The notes under the pieces: model-generated
Seen by the model: the letters and a program-made list of their open reading frames with translations, nothing else
Told to the model about the DNA's origin: nothing
Databases searched by the model: none
NCBI GenBank assembly: GCA_965217185.1
Contig: OZ244252.1
Location: 2,304,001-2,368,000, forward strand
Reading direction: 5' to 3'
Source: an uncultured Candidatus Entotheonella sp.
GTDB taxonomy: Bacteria > Tectomicrobia > Entotheonellia > Entotheonellales > Entotheonellaceae
DNA length: 64,000 bases
Shown here: piece after piece, positions 40,272 through 50,104 of the stretch
Numbering within the stretch: position 1 is the first letter of the stretch
Layout: each line of letters begins with the position of its first letter
Program-made: the position numbers and the translations under genes

Positions 40272-40668
40272 TACCGGACCTCTGGTCGCCCTGATAAACC
40301 CCAACGATTCCTACCGTGCGGTGTGTCTTGAAAGAAGCCGAATCTTGGGATCCGAAGTGATGGTTACAACTTGGCAGTGTTTCACCAAGGCCATGTACTT
40401 CTTGGGAAGGGATGGCAGGTATTACCTCCAAGATAACCTTTGGGATATGCGCAGAAACGGAAGGCTGGAAATTCATTCAACGACGGATTCAGAAGCCGAC
40501 CGGATGGACGAACTTATGCGGCAGTACCAGGACACGCCGATGGACTTGGCCGACTCGTCGCTGATCGCTGCGGCGGAGAGTCGCTCCATTCGCCGCGTGT
40601 TCACTCTCGATGAGGAGTTTTACATCTACCGCCTGGCCGACGGCTCGGAGCTGGAAGTAGTACGATAG
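40258..40668 (+). CDS. PIN-domain (VapC-like) toxin, probably catalytically impaired
   Basis: TDTGPLVAL, MDLADSSL, FTLDEEF. The expected second acidic residue (FTEAMY) reads FTKAMY. Overlaps the Res stop by 14 nt. Confidence 0.88.
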   Translation: MVLTDTGPLVALINPNDSYRAVCLERSRILGSEVMVTTWQCFTKAMYFLGRDGRYYLQDNLWDMRRNGRLEIHSTTDSEADRMDELMRQYQDTPMDLADSSLIAAAESRSIRRVFTLDEEFYIYRLADGSELEVVR

Positions 40669-40706
40669 CAAGGCGTTTCCCGACCGCCTCCAAAGGAGGA
40701 ATAACC

Positions 40707-43538
40707 ATGCCCAGACCCAGAAGAACCCGGAGCACCGCCGGCAAGCAGGTGGAAGCGCTGCGCCACGAGCAGGACACCCGCACTAACATCCCCACGGCGG
40801 AGTACCAGTCGATGGTGCGGGAGGAGCAGGAGACGCCCCTGCGCGTGGCCTACCAGCGGCGCAACCGCGACCTGGACCCGCAGCTGGTCTGGCGGGGCAA
40901 GGACCAGCAGGACCTGGACGACCTGGTGGTCAACGTGCCGCCCCTGTACATCCAGGAGAAGGTGCATCCCAAGGTGCTGATCGACGACCTGGTGCGCCAG
41001 TCCCGCAACGGTCGCGAGCCCGCCGACTACCAGATAGACATGTTTGCTGATTTCAACGGCCTGCCCGAGGGCGCCGACCGCACCGAGTTCTACCAGCACG
41101 AGGGCTACTGGCAGAACCGCATGATCCTGGGCGACAGCCTGCAGGTGATGGCCTCCCTCTCCGAGCGGGAGGGACTGCAGGGCAAGGTGCAGTGCATCTA
41201 CATCGACCCGCCCTACGGCATCCGGTTCAACTCCAACTTCCAGTGGTCCACCACCAGCCGCGACGTGCGCGACGGCAACCGCCAGCACATCACCCGCGAG
41301 CCGGAGCAGGTCAAGGCCTTCCGCGATACCTGGCGCGACGGCATCCACTCCTACCTGACCTACCTGCGCGACCGCCTCACCGTGGCCCGTGACCTGCTGA
41401 CCGACTCCGGCTCCATCTTTGTGCAGATCGGGGATGAGAACGTCCACCGGGTGCGGGCGGTGATGGACGAGGTATTTGGGGATGAGAACTTTTTGGCACT
41501 GATACCATTTCTGACTACAACGTCGCAGAGTGCGTCAGGAATTGGCTCTGTCGCGGATTACCTCGTCTGGTACTCCAAATCTCGGGTGTCGGTGAAATAT
41601 CGCCAACTCTATGCACCGAAGCAGCCTGCTGCAACAGGCGGCTGGTCACTCAATTACGCACGGTTCGATGGAATAGAGTATCGACCGTTAACTCGTGAAG
41701 AACGAGAACAAAGACACTCGTCACCTGAAAAGGTGGAACTATACCGGCTGGACAATCTTACATCGCAAGGTCCCACTCCGTCCGGGACAGTGGACTTCGA
41801 ATTCCATAACAAGAAATATCATCCAGGGTCGCGGAATCATTGGAAAACAACGATTCCTGGGATGCGAAACTTGGCGAGGGCCCATCGGATTCAAGCTTCT
41901 ACGAATTCCATTCAATACGTTCGGTTTTTCAATGATTTTGCTATTCAGCCGATCACAAACATCTGGACGGACTCAACTCAAGCCGGATTCGTAGACGATA
42001 AATTGTACGTGGTTCAAACAGTAAGCAAAGTGGCTGAGCGTTGCATCCTGATGACCACCGACCCAGGGGACCTAGTGCTGGACCCGACCTGCGGGTCCGG
42101 CACCACCGCCTACGTGGCCGAGCAGTGGGGGCGGCGGTGGATAACCATCGACACCTCCCGCGTCGCTTTGGCCCTGGCCCGTGCCCGCATCATGGGCGCC
42201 CGCTATCCCTACTACATCCTCGCCGACAGCAAGGACGGGCAACTGAAGGAGGCCGAACTCTCCCGTAAGGCGCCCTCGGAGATGGCAACCTACGGGAACG
42301 TCCGTCAGGGGTTCGTCTACGAGCGGGTCCCCCACATCACCCTGCGGGACATCGCCAACAACGCCGAGATTGACGTCATCTACGAGGAATACCAGGAGAA
42401 GCTGGAACCGCTGCGGGAGGAGCTGAACCAAGCCTTGGAGACCACGTGGGAGGAGTGGGAGATTCCGCGGGACGCCGAGGAGTCGTGGTCAGAAGAGGCG
42501 CAGGCGCTGCATCGGCAGTGGTGGGAACGGCGCATCGCCCGCCAGAAGGAGATTGATGCCTCCATTGCCGCCCGCGCCGACCACGAGTACCTGTATGACA
42601 AGCCCTATACCGACAACAGTAAGGTGCGGGTGGCCGGCCCCTTCACCGTGGAGAGCATCTCACCCCACCGGGTGCTGGGCGTGGACGAGAACGGCGACGT
42701 TATCGACGGCATCGCCGAGGCCCGCAACGGCTACGGCACGGGCTACGACTTCGGCCAGATCATCCTGGATAACCTGCGGCGATCAGGTGTGCAGCAGGCC
42801 CACCGGGAGGACCGCATCACCTTCACGTCCCTGACGCCCTGGCCGGGACGATTCGTCTGCGCCGATGGCCGCTACGTCGAGGGCGGCAGCGGGGACGACG
42901 ATGACGCGCCGGCCGGCCCCGAGCGGAGGGCGGCCGTGTTCATCGGGCCGGAGTTCGGCACGGTGTCGCGCCCCGACCTGGTGGAGGCGGCGCGGGAGGC
43001 CGCCGACGGCGGTTTCGACGTGCTGGTCGCCTGCGCCTTCAACTACGAGGCCCACACCACGGAGTTCGAGAGCCTGGGGCGGGTGCCGGTGCTGAAGGCC
43101 CGCATGAACGCCGACCTGCACATGGCCGGCGAGCTGAAGAACACCGGCAACGGCAACCTGTTCGTCATCTTCGGCGAGCCGGACATCGACGTGCTGGACG
43201 CTGACGAAGGGCATATCCAGGTGCGGGTGAACGGCGTGGACGTGTTCCACCCCAACACCGGCGAGGTGCGCAGCGACGGGCCGGAGGGCATCGCCTGCTG
43301 GTTCATCGACACCGACTACAACCAGGAGAGCTTCTTCGTCCGCCACGCCTACTTCCTCGGCGCCGGCGACCCGTACAAATCGCTAAAGACCACCCTCAAG
43401 GCCGAGATCGACGCCGACGCCTGGGCCACCCTCCACAGCGCCACCTCCCGCCCCTTCCCCAAGCCCGAGCCCGGCCGCATCGCGGTCAAGGTCATCAACC
43501 ACCTCGGCGACGAGGTCATGAAGGTGTTCCGGGTGTGA
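40707..43538 (+). CDS. Type III-like N6-adenine DNA methyltransferase (Mod subunit)
   Basis: Motif IV YIDPPYG precedes a variable TRD and motif I VLDPTCGSGTT (beta order); C-terminal IAVKVINHLGDEVMKV; RBS AAGGAGG. Confidence 0.93.
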   Translation: MPRPRRTRSTAGKQVEALRHEQDTRTNIPTAEYQSMVREEQETPLRVAYQRRNRDLDPQLVWRGKDQQDLDDLVVNVPPLYIQEKVHPKVLIDDLVRQSRNGREPADYQIDMFADFNGLPEGADRTEFYQHEGYWQNRMILGDSLQVMASLSEREGLQGKVQCIYIDPPYGIRFNSNFQWSTTSRDVRDGNRQHITREPEQVKAFRDTWRDGIHSYLTYLRDRLTVARDLLTDSGSIFVQIGDENVHRVRAVMDEVFGDENFLALIPFLTTTSQSASGIGSVADYLVWYSKSRVSVKYRQLYAPKQPAATGGWSLNYARFDGIEYRPLTREEREQRHSSPEKVELYRLDNLTSQGPTPSGTVDFEFHNKKYHPGSRNHWKTTIPGMRNLARAHRIQASTNSIQYVRFFNDFAIQPITNIWTDSTQAGFVDDKLYVVQTVSKVAERCILMTTDPGDLVLDPTCGSGTTAYVAEQWGRRWITIDTSRVALALARARIMGARYPYYILADSKDGQLKEAELSRKAPSEMATYGNVRQGFVYERVPHITLRDIANNAEIDVIYEEYQEKLEPLREELNQALETTWEEWEIPRDAEESWSEEAQALHRQWWERRIARQKEIDASIAARADHEYLYDKPYTDNSKVRVAGPFTVESISPHRVLGVDENGDVIDGIAEARNGYGTGYDFGQIILDNLRRSGVQQAHREDRITFTSLTPWPGRFVCADGRYVEGGSGDDDDAPAGPERRAAVFIGPEFGTVSRPDLVEAAREAADGGFDVLVACAFNYEAHTTEFESLGRVPVLKARMNADLHMAGELKNTGNGNLFVIFGEPDIDVLDADEGHIQVRVNGVDVFHPNTGEVRSDGPEGIACWFIDTDYNQESFFVRHAYFLGAGDPYKSLKTTLKAEIDADAWATLHSATSRPFPKPEPGRIAVKVINHLGDEVMKVFRV

Positions 43539-43570
43539 CGAAGCGCCGGCACGGACCGGGGGTGAGACCG

Positions 43571-45661
43571 GTGGATTTTCGCATTGCCGACACGTTCACC
43601 GACAGCCTCGCGAAGCTGACCGCCGACGAGCAGAAGACCGCCAAGACCACCGCGTTCGACTTGCAACTCGATGCGTTCGCACCGGGACTGTCGTTTCACA
43701 AGCTCGACCGCGTGAAGGACAAGAACTTCCTATCGGTTCGCGTCAATCGGGACATTCGCCTGATCGTGCATCGAACCGCGGCGAGCCTGCTGCTGTGCTA
43801 TGTCAACCACCACGACGACGCCTATCGCTGGGCCGAGCGCCGCAAGATCGAGCGGCATCCGAAGACCGGCGCCGCGCAGATCGTCGAAATCCGCGAGACC
43901 GTGCGCAACGTCGAGATTCTGCGCCGCCTCACGACGGAAACATCGACCGTGCCGGCCAGCGCGACCAAGCCCACGCTCTTCGCGGGCGTGTCCAACGACG
44001 AGTTGCTGGCTTACGGTGTGCCGCGGGAGTGGCTGGACGAGGCTCGGAACGCGGACGAGGATTCATTGCTCGATCTCGCCGATCACCTGCCGGCCGAAGC
44101 GGCCGAGGCGCTGTTGGAGCTTGCAACCGGCGGCACGCCGGATCGGCCCTCTCAAGCGGCGCCCGACGCCGATCCGTTCGCCCACCCGGACGCTCGACGC
44201 CGCTTCCGCATCGTGGCGAATGCGGAGGAACTGGAGCGCGCCCTTGAATATCCGTGGGAGAAGTGGACCGTCTTCCTGCACCCGGCGCAGCGCCGCATCG
44301 TCGAGCGCGACTTTGGCGGCCCGGCCCGGGTCTCCGGCTCGGCGGGGACCGGGAAGACGATTGTCGCGCTTCACCGGGCCGTCCACCTCGCCCAAGCGCA
44401 TCCGGACGCGCGGGTTCTGCTTGCCACTTTCTCTGATACGCTTGCGAATGCGTTGCGCGTGAAGCTGAGGCGCCTGATCGGCAACCGGCCGACCATCGCC
44501 GAGCGCCTCGACGTGCACTCGATGGTCGGGATCGGGCGGCGCCTCTATGAGGCGAATTTCGGCCGCCCCCATCTGGCGACCGACGAGCAGGTTCGGAAGC
44601 TCCTTGCTCGAGCGGCGGGCGAAGTGGAGGGGCACAGGTTCAGCCCGTATTTTCTGTGGACGGAATGGAACAAAGTCGTCGACGCCTGGCAGCTCGAGAG
44701 CTGGGAGGACTACCGGGACGTCGCACGGCTCGGCCGCAAGACGTGCCTGGCAGAACCGCAGCGCGCCGTTTTGTGGTCGATCTTTGCCAAATTGCGGGTC
44801 GCCCTTGGCGAGCGAGAGTGCCTCACGGAGCCCGGCCTGTTCCGTCGTCTGGAGCGGCATTTCTCGAAGGCGCGTCATTCGCCGTTCGATTTCTGCGTCA
44901 TTGATGAGGCTCAGGACATCGGCGTGCCCGAGCTCCGCTTTCTCGCCGCCCTCGGCGGTGACCGGCCCGGCTGCCTGTTCTTCGCCGGGGATCTGGGTCA
45001 ACGAATTTTCCAGACGCCGTTCTCGTGGCGGTCGCTCGGCGTGGACGTGCGCGGACGTTCCCAAACCCTGCGCATCAATTACCGGACCTCGCACCAGATT
45101 CGGCGACAGGCGGATCGACTTCTGCCAAGCGAGCTCGCCGACGTCGACGGCGTCCCCGAACGGCGCGGCGGCACGATCTCGGTGTTCAACGGACCGGAGC
45201 CGCTTATCCGAATGCCGGATTCGCCCGATGCGGAGAGGGCCGCCATCGCCGAGTGGCTCGCCGCGCGGCGCAAGGAGGGATACGAACCGCATGAGATTGG
45301 CGTGTTTGTCCGGTCCGAGGACGAGATGGAGCGGGCATTCAAGGCTGTCCACGCCGCCGGAATGTCCGCGGTGGCATTGGATGAGCGCTCGGACGCTGCA
45401 CCCGGCAGCATCGCGGTCGGAACGATGCATCTCGCCAAGGGCCTGGAGTTCCGCGCCGTAGCGGTCGTGGCGTGTGACGGCGAAATCCTGCCCTTGCAAT
45501 CCAGGATCGAAAGCATCGCCGATGAAGCCGACCTGGCGGATACCTACGAGACCGAGCGGCGCCTTCTCTACGTAGCGTGCACGCGCGCCCGCGATCACCT
45601 GCTGGTGACCGGCGTGCAGCCGGTGTCCGAATTTCTCGATGATCTGCGGACGAATTTGTAG
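43571..45661 (+). CDS. UvrD/SF1 helicase with N-terminal RelE/ParE-like domain
   Basis: N-term FRIADTF...SVRVNRDIRLIV...CYVNHHDDAYRWA; GSAGTGKT; DEAQD; GDLGQRIF; NYRT; MHLAKGLEF; LLYVACTRARD. Start GTG 43571 or 43535. Confidence 0.9.
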   Translation: MDFRIADTFTDSLAKLTADEQKTAKTTAFDLQLDAFAPGLSFHKLDRVKDKNFLSVRVNRDIRLIVHRTAASLLLCYVNHHDDAYRWAERRKIERHPKTGAAQIVEIRETVRNVEILRRLTTETSTVPASATKPTLFAGVSNDELLAYGVPREWLDEARNADEDSLLDLADHLPAEAAEALLELATGGTPDRPSQAAPDADPFAHPDARRRFRIVANAEELERALEYPWEKWTVFLHPAQRRIVERDFGGPARVSGSAGTGKTIVALHRAVHLAQAHPDARVLLATFSDTLANALRVKLRRLIGNRPTIAERLDVHSMVGIGRRLYEANFGRPHLATDEQVRKLLARAAGEVEGHRFSPYFLWTEWNKVVDAWQLESWEDYRDVARLGRKTCLAEPQRAVLWSIFAKLRVALGERECLTEPGLFRRLERHFSKARHSPFDFCVIDEAQDIGVPELRFLAALGGDRPGCLFFAGDLGQRIFQTPFSWRSLGVDVRGRSQTLRINYRTSHQIRRQADRLLPSELADVDGVPERRGGTISVFNGPEPLIRMPDSPDAERAAIAEWLAARRKEGYEPHEIGVFVRSEDEMERAFKAVHAAGMSAVALDERSDAAPGSIAVGTMHLAKGLEFRAVAVVACDGEILPLQSRIESIADEADLADTYETERRLLYVACTRARDHLLVTGVQPVSEFLDDLRTNL

Positions 45662-45726
45662 TCCCGACCACGGCGCCGGTCCTCCGGCGCATGAAGCACG
45701 GAGCCGCGTGAGGAAGATCAGGGATT

Positions 45727-45753
45727 TGCGGTCGAGACGCCCGCGTACCAAGG
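45727..45753. repeat. Single REP-like imperfect palindrome
   Basis: TGCGGTCGAGACGCCCGCGTACCAAGG: hairpin GCGGtCG-aga-CGCCCGC followed by GTACC; lies between the convergent helicase and ndk genes. Confidence 0.45.
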
Positions 45754-45766
45754 TGGGAACAGCAGG

Positions 45767-46195
45767 TCAGCGGGGTTCTGCCTCGTGACACTCCAGTTGG
45801 CTGAAGAAGAACGGGATTTCCTGTGCCGCCGAAGCGGGCGAATCGGACCCGTGGATGGAGTTTTTCTCTACGTCAACGCCGAATTCCTGCCGCAGGGTGC
45901 CCGGTGCCGCCTGGCTCGGATCGGTAGCCCCCATCACGTCGCGCAAGGTCTTGATGGCCTCATCGCGTTGTAGCAGCAGTGGCATGATCGGCCCTGACGC
46001 CATGTAGGCGGTCAGGCTGTCGAAGAACGGCCGCTCGCGGTGTACGGCGTAAAACAGCTTGGCGTCGTCCTGTCGGAGGCGGATCATTTTCAGCCCGAGC
46101 ACGACGAATCCTTCGCTTTGCAGACGGGCGATGACGCTGCCCGCCAGGTTGCGCCCCACGGCGTCCGGTTTAATGATGGCTAACGTGCGTTCCAA
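45767..46195 (-). CDS. ndk: Nucleoside diphosphate kinase
   Basis: From TTG 46195: ERTLAIIKPDAV...FYAVHRERPFF...MGATDP...GTLR...NSIHGSDS. Confidence 0.96.
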   Translation of the reverse strand: MERTLAIIKPDAVGRNLAGSVIARLQSEGFVVLGLKMIRLRQDDAKLFYAVHRERPFFDSLTAYMASGPIMPLLLQRDEAIKTLRDVMGATDPSQAAPGTLRQEFGVDVEKNSIHGSDSPASAAQEIPFFFSQLECHEAEPR

Positions 46196-46206
46196 ATTTT
46201 GCCCTT

Positions 46207-47082
46207 TCAGGTGTTCCCGTCCAACACGTCCGTCACCGCCGCGCCGATGCCGGCGGGGCTGCAGACGACCGTGAGACCGTTTTCTTCCATAGCTGCAATT
46301 TTCGAGGCCGCGGTGCCTCGGCCCCCGTCGATGATCGCCCCGGCGTGCCCCATGCGGCGGCCCGGGGGGGCGCTTTGTCCGGCGATAAATCCGACCACCG
46401 GCTTGCTGAGGTGCTCGGCGATGTAGGCAGCCGCTTCTTCCTCCGCTGAGCCGCCGATCTCTCCGATCAAAACGATGACGTCGGTGTCCGCATCCGCCTC
46501 GAACAGGCTCAGGCACTGCACGAAATTGAGGCCGCCGATCGGGTCGCCGCCAATGCCGACGCAAGTGGATTGCCCGATGCCGCGCGCCGTGAGTTGCGCC
46601 ACGGCCTCGTAGGTCAGCGTGCCACTGCGGGAAATCACCCCGACGCGTCCGGGCTGGTGAATGTGTCCCGGCATGATGCCTACCTTGGCCTTGCCTGGCG
46701 AAATGATACCCGGACAATTGGGGCCGATCAGGGTGGTGTCTTTGCCGGCCATATAACGCCGCACGGTGACCATGTCGAGCACCGGAATACCGTCGGTAAT
46801 GCAGACGATCAAGCCGATGCCGGCGTCGACGGCCTCGCAGATGGCGTCCGCCGCGAAGGGCGCGGGCACGAAGATGATGCTGGTGTTCGCGCCGGTATCG
46901 GCCACGGCGCTCGCCACCGTGTTGAACAGTGGTCGGCCCAGGGCTGCACCGCCGCCGCGGCCCGGATTCACGCCGCCGACGTAGCGCGTGCCGTAGTCTA
47001 CCGCCTGCTCGGCGTGAAATCGCCCTTCTCGTCCCATGCCCTGCACAAGTAGGCGGGTATTTTTGTCGACCAGAATACTCAT
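46207..47082 (-). CDS. sucD: Succinyl-CoA synthetase alpha subunit
   Basis: [33 protein letters not shown]. Confidence 0.98.
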   Translation of the reverse strand: MSILVDKNTRLLVQGMGREGRFHAEQAVDYGTRYVGGVNPGRGGGAALGRPLFNTVASAVADTGANTSIIFVPAPFAADAICEAVDAGIGLIVCITDGIPVLDMVTVRRYMAGKDTTLIGPNCPGIISPGKAKVGIMPGHIHQPGRVGVISRSGTLTYEAVAQLTARGIGQSTCVGIGGDPIGGLNFVQCLSLFEADADTDVIVLIGEIGGSAEEEAAAYIAEHLSKPVVGFIAGQSAPPGRRMGHAGAIIDGGRGTAASKIAAMEENGLTVVCSPAGIGAAVTDVLDGNT

Positions 47083-48254
47083 TGTCCGTCCTGCGCGCGG
47101 ATGACTTGCGATACCTTGGCAGCAGCGTCCGCCATGTCGTCTGCCACCAAAAAATTCAGATCCGACTCGGCAAATAACCGCTGGCCTTCTTCGGCGTTGG
47201 TGCCGGCAATGCGAACGATCACCGGAACTTCCACCGCAACCTTGGACACTGCATGCAACACGCCTTCCGCGAACACGTCGCAGCGCAGAATGCCGCCGAA
47301 GATGTTGATCAGCACGGCTTTGACGTGTGGGTCAGCCATCAGAATGCGAAAGGCGTTCTCGACCCTGTCGGCATCGGCGGCACCGCCTACGTCCAGAAAA
47401 TTGGCCGGGGAAGCGCCGCCCAGCTTGATAACGTCCATCGTGGCCATGGCCAAGCCGGCGCCGTTGACGATGCAGCCGACATTGCCGGAGAGCTTGATGT
47501 ACGAAAGGTCGTACGCGGCCGCTTCAACTTCCAGAGGGTCTTCCTCGGTGGGGTCGCGCAGCGCGGCAACGTCGGGGTGACGGAACAGGGCGTTGTCGTC
47601 GAATTGTATTTTGGCGTCCAGAACCACGGGACGGTCGTCGGGCGTCAGAATCAGTGGGTTGATCTCCAGCAGAGAGCAGTCCTTGGCGCAGAATACGTCG
47701 TAGAGGCTTTGCAGCAGGGGTGCCAGGGCGCGTCGCGCCGCGGCGCTGACGGGCAGGTTGGCGACGAGTCCGCGGGTCTGGAAGTCGGCCAGGCCGAGCA
47801 ATACGTCGATGTGGGTGCGGAAGATTCTCTCAGGATGGTCGGCCGCTACCGTCTCGATGTCCATGCCCCCGGCGGGGCTAAGCATCAGGGCCGGCCGCCC
47901 GGCGCCGCGGTCGATGAACAGGCTGCAATACAACTCCTGGGCAATGTCGCAGCCTTCTTCAATAAGAACCTGCTGCACTTCCTGGCCTTGCGGCCCAGTT
48001 TGCGGCGTCACCAGGCGGCTTCCCAGGAGTTGCCCGGCGCAGTGCTCCACCTCCGAAAGGCTGGCAGCTCGCCGGATGCCGCCGCCCTTGCCGCGCCCGC
48101 CGGCATGAATCTGCGCTTTGACGACCCAGCGTTCGCCGCCGAGGGCCTCGGCCACTTTTCTCGCCTCTGCTGTGGAGGCTGCCGGCGACCCTGCCGGAAC
48201 GGGCACGCCATGATCCCGCAACATTGCCTTGGCCTGATACTCATGGATTTTCAC
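47079..48254 (-). CDS. sucC: Succinyl-CoA synthetase beta subunit
   Basis: [44 protein letters not shown]. Confidence 0.98.
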   Translation of the reverse strand: MKIHEYQAKAMLRDHGVPVPAGSPAASTAEARKVAEALGGERWVVKAQIHAGGRGKGGGIRRAASLSEVEHCAGQLLGSRLVTPQTGPQGQEVQQVLIEEGCDIAQELYCSLFIDRGAGRPALMLSPAGGMDIETVAADHPERIFRTHIDVLLGLADFQTRGLVANLPVSAAARRALAPLLQSLYDVFCAKDCSLLEINPLILTPDDRPVVLDAKIQFDDNALFRHPDVAALRDPTEEDPLEVEAAAYDLSYIKLSGNVGCIVNGAGLAMATMDVIKLGGASPANFLDVGGAADADRVENAFRILMADPHVKAVLINIFGGILRCDVFAEGVLHAVSKVAVEVPVIVRIAGTNAEEGQRLFAESDLNFLVADDMADAAAKVSQVIRAQDGQ

Positions 48255-48343
48255 GGCTGTTCCTTCGGCCCCAGAGTCGGGCGTCGGTTACACGGGATCG
48301 GCTATACTGCCGTTAACGCTGGTTTTTGAACCGCTTCGGGTTC

Positions 48344-49243
48344 ATGAAAGGAAGGGAAAAACGGCACGTGGCAAGACATATTTCGAATCGCCGCAAGCGT
48401 CTGGGACAGGTTTTTTTGCGCGATCGATCGATGGTCGAAAAAATCATGCAAATTGCCGCCCTCGCGGCCGGTGAAACCGCGTTGGAAATCGGCCCGGGCG
48501 GGGGGATTCTCACCACTGCGTTGGCCCGCCAAACCGCCGCTCTGTACGCCCTGGAGATCGACCCGCGTTACGCGCAGGCCATGCTGCAACGGTTCGCTGC
48601 TGCGTCGCACGTTCACGTCCTGCAGGCCGACGCGCGGACTTACGATTACGACCAACTGCCGCAGCCCCTGGTCGTTGTAGCCAATCTGCCGTATCAAGCG
48701 GGTATGGCGATTCTGACACAACTCTTCCGCTTCCGCCATCGGCTGAGCCGCCTCGTCGTCATGCTGCAAAAGGAAGTGGCCGCCCGCCTGCTCGCCAAGC
48801 CCAACTACTCGGCGTACAGCACCACGTCCGTATTCTTCCAATACTACGCTACCCTGAGGCATGGGTTCGAGGTCTCCCGGCACGCCTTCACGCCCGTGCC
48901 CGCGGTCGATTCAACCGTCATCACCTTGACCCCCCATGCCGAATTGCCGTGGCAGAACCACGATGAGCAGTTCTTCTTCCGCGTCGTCCGGCAGGCCTTC
49001 ACCCACCGCCGCAAGCTGCTGCGCGGTAATCTCATCGGCCTTCCCGATCCGTCCCTCAGCCAAACCGTTATCGCACAAGCTTTCGCCACCCTCGGCCTCG
49101 GTAGCAACGCACGGGCGCAGGAACTGACCGTTGCCCAGTTTATCCAGCTCAGCGAGACGTTGCGCCAATTGGTGGCGAACGGGGGCGCCGGTCAGAGCGA
49201 GGGCGGCTGTAACAACTTGCCGAGCCTGTCCCAGCGGATGTAG
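48344..49243 (+). CDS. rsmA: 16S rRNA m6(2)A1518/1519 dimethyltransferase
   Basis: KRLGQVFL, LEIGPGGG, VANLPY, MLQKEVA, FTPVPAVDS, RRK. Start ATG 48344 or GTG 48368. Confidence 0.95.
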   Translation: MKGREKRHVARHISNRRKRLGQVFLRDRSMVEKIMQIAALAAGETALEIGPGGGILTTALARQTAALYALEIDPRYAQAMLQRFAAASHVHVLQADARTYDYDQLPQPLVVVANLPYQAGMAILTQLFRFRHRLSRLVVMLQKEVAARLLAKPNYSAYSTTSVFFQYYATLRHGFEVSRHAFTPVPAVDSTVITLTPHAELPWQNHDEQFFFRVVRQAFTHRRKLLRGNLIGLPDPSLSQTVIAQAFATLGLGSNARAQELTVAQFIQLSETLRQLVANGGAGQSEGGCNNLPSLSQRM

Positions 49244-49995
49244 TCCGGAAAGCTGGTGGTGCGGTTCCATGACCAGTAGATGAAGAAGGCTTTGCCCTTG
49301 ATGCGTGTGCTGCGCACCAGCCCCCAGAAGCGGCTGTCCCTGCTGTTGCCGCGGTTGTCGCCCAGCGTGAAGTAGTAATCATGCTCGACCGTTAGCGGCC
49401 CGACGGGTTGCCGCAGGGTTGTTCCGGGCGGGAACAGCGGCCCGTAAAACACCTGAAAACCGTCCATGGGTTGACCGTGGTCGCGCGGGTAAAACGTCCC
49501 GGAGGGGATGGGAACGCGTTCGTTGTTCAGATAGAGGTTTTGGTCCTGCCGGATCTCGACTGTGTCCCCTTCCCGCGGGACGACGATTGGTCCGAAGCCA
49601 TCGTGTCCCAGGGAGGCCGTCTCGTGCAGGTACCATTCCTGCTCCAGTGCCCCGCCGTTCACATAAACCTGCCGGTCTCGAACTTCCACCCGGTCGCCGG
49701 GGAGCGCGATGATACGCTTGATGAAGTCGCGCTCCTCGTCCCAAGGATATCGGAAAACGATAACGTCGAATTGTTTGGGATCGGTGAAGTGATAGAGAAA
49801 TTTGTTCACCAGGATGTGGTCGCCGATGAGCAGGGTGTCCTCCATGGAACCCGAGGGAATTTTGAAGGCCTGCACGACAAACTGGCGCAGGATCAGAGCC
49901 AGAACCACGGCAAAAATGATCGATTCAGCGTATTCGCGAAAAACGGATTTTTCTCGCTTTTGTCCCGTCGGGTTTCTTCTCAGTCCTGGTACCAT
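49192..49995 (-). CDS. lepB: Signal peptidase I
   Basis: IPSGSMEDTL, FIKRII, GDNRGNSRDSRFWG. Confidence 0.96.
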   Translation of the reverse strand: MVPGLRRNPTGQKREKSVFREYAESIIFAVVLALILRQFVVQAFKIPSGSMEDTLLIGDHILVNKFLYHFTDPKQFDVIVFRYPWDEERDFIKRIIALPGDRVEVRDRQVYVNGGALEQEWYLHETASLGHDGFGPIVVPREGDTVEIRQDQNLYLNNERVPIPSGTFYPRDHGQPMDGFQVFYGPLFPPGTTLRQPVGPLTVEHDYYFTLGDNRGNSRDSRFWGLVRSTRIKGKAFFIYWSWNRTTSFPDYIRWDRLGKLLQPPSL

Positions 49996-50104
49996 GTTTT
50001 CTGCTTTCTCATTGAATGCCCGCCACTAACGCTTTGGGGCGGGTTGGCTCGGTTTATAACGAGTTCGTGTCCCGCAGGTCGATCACCGGCTTTCCATTGG
50101 ACAT

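Noticed and set aside
45767..46717. 316-aa ORF suggesting an extended Ndk
   Set aside because: The upstream part is an alternate frame of sucD; Ndk homology begins at TTG 46195.
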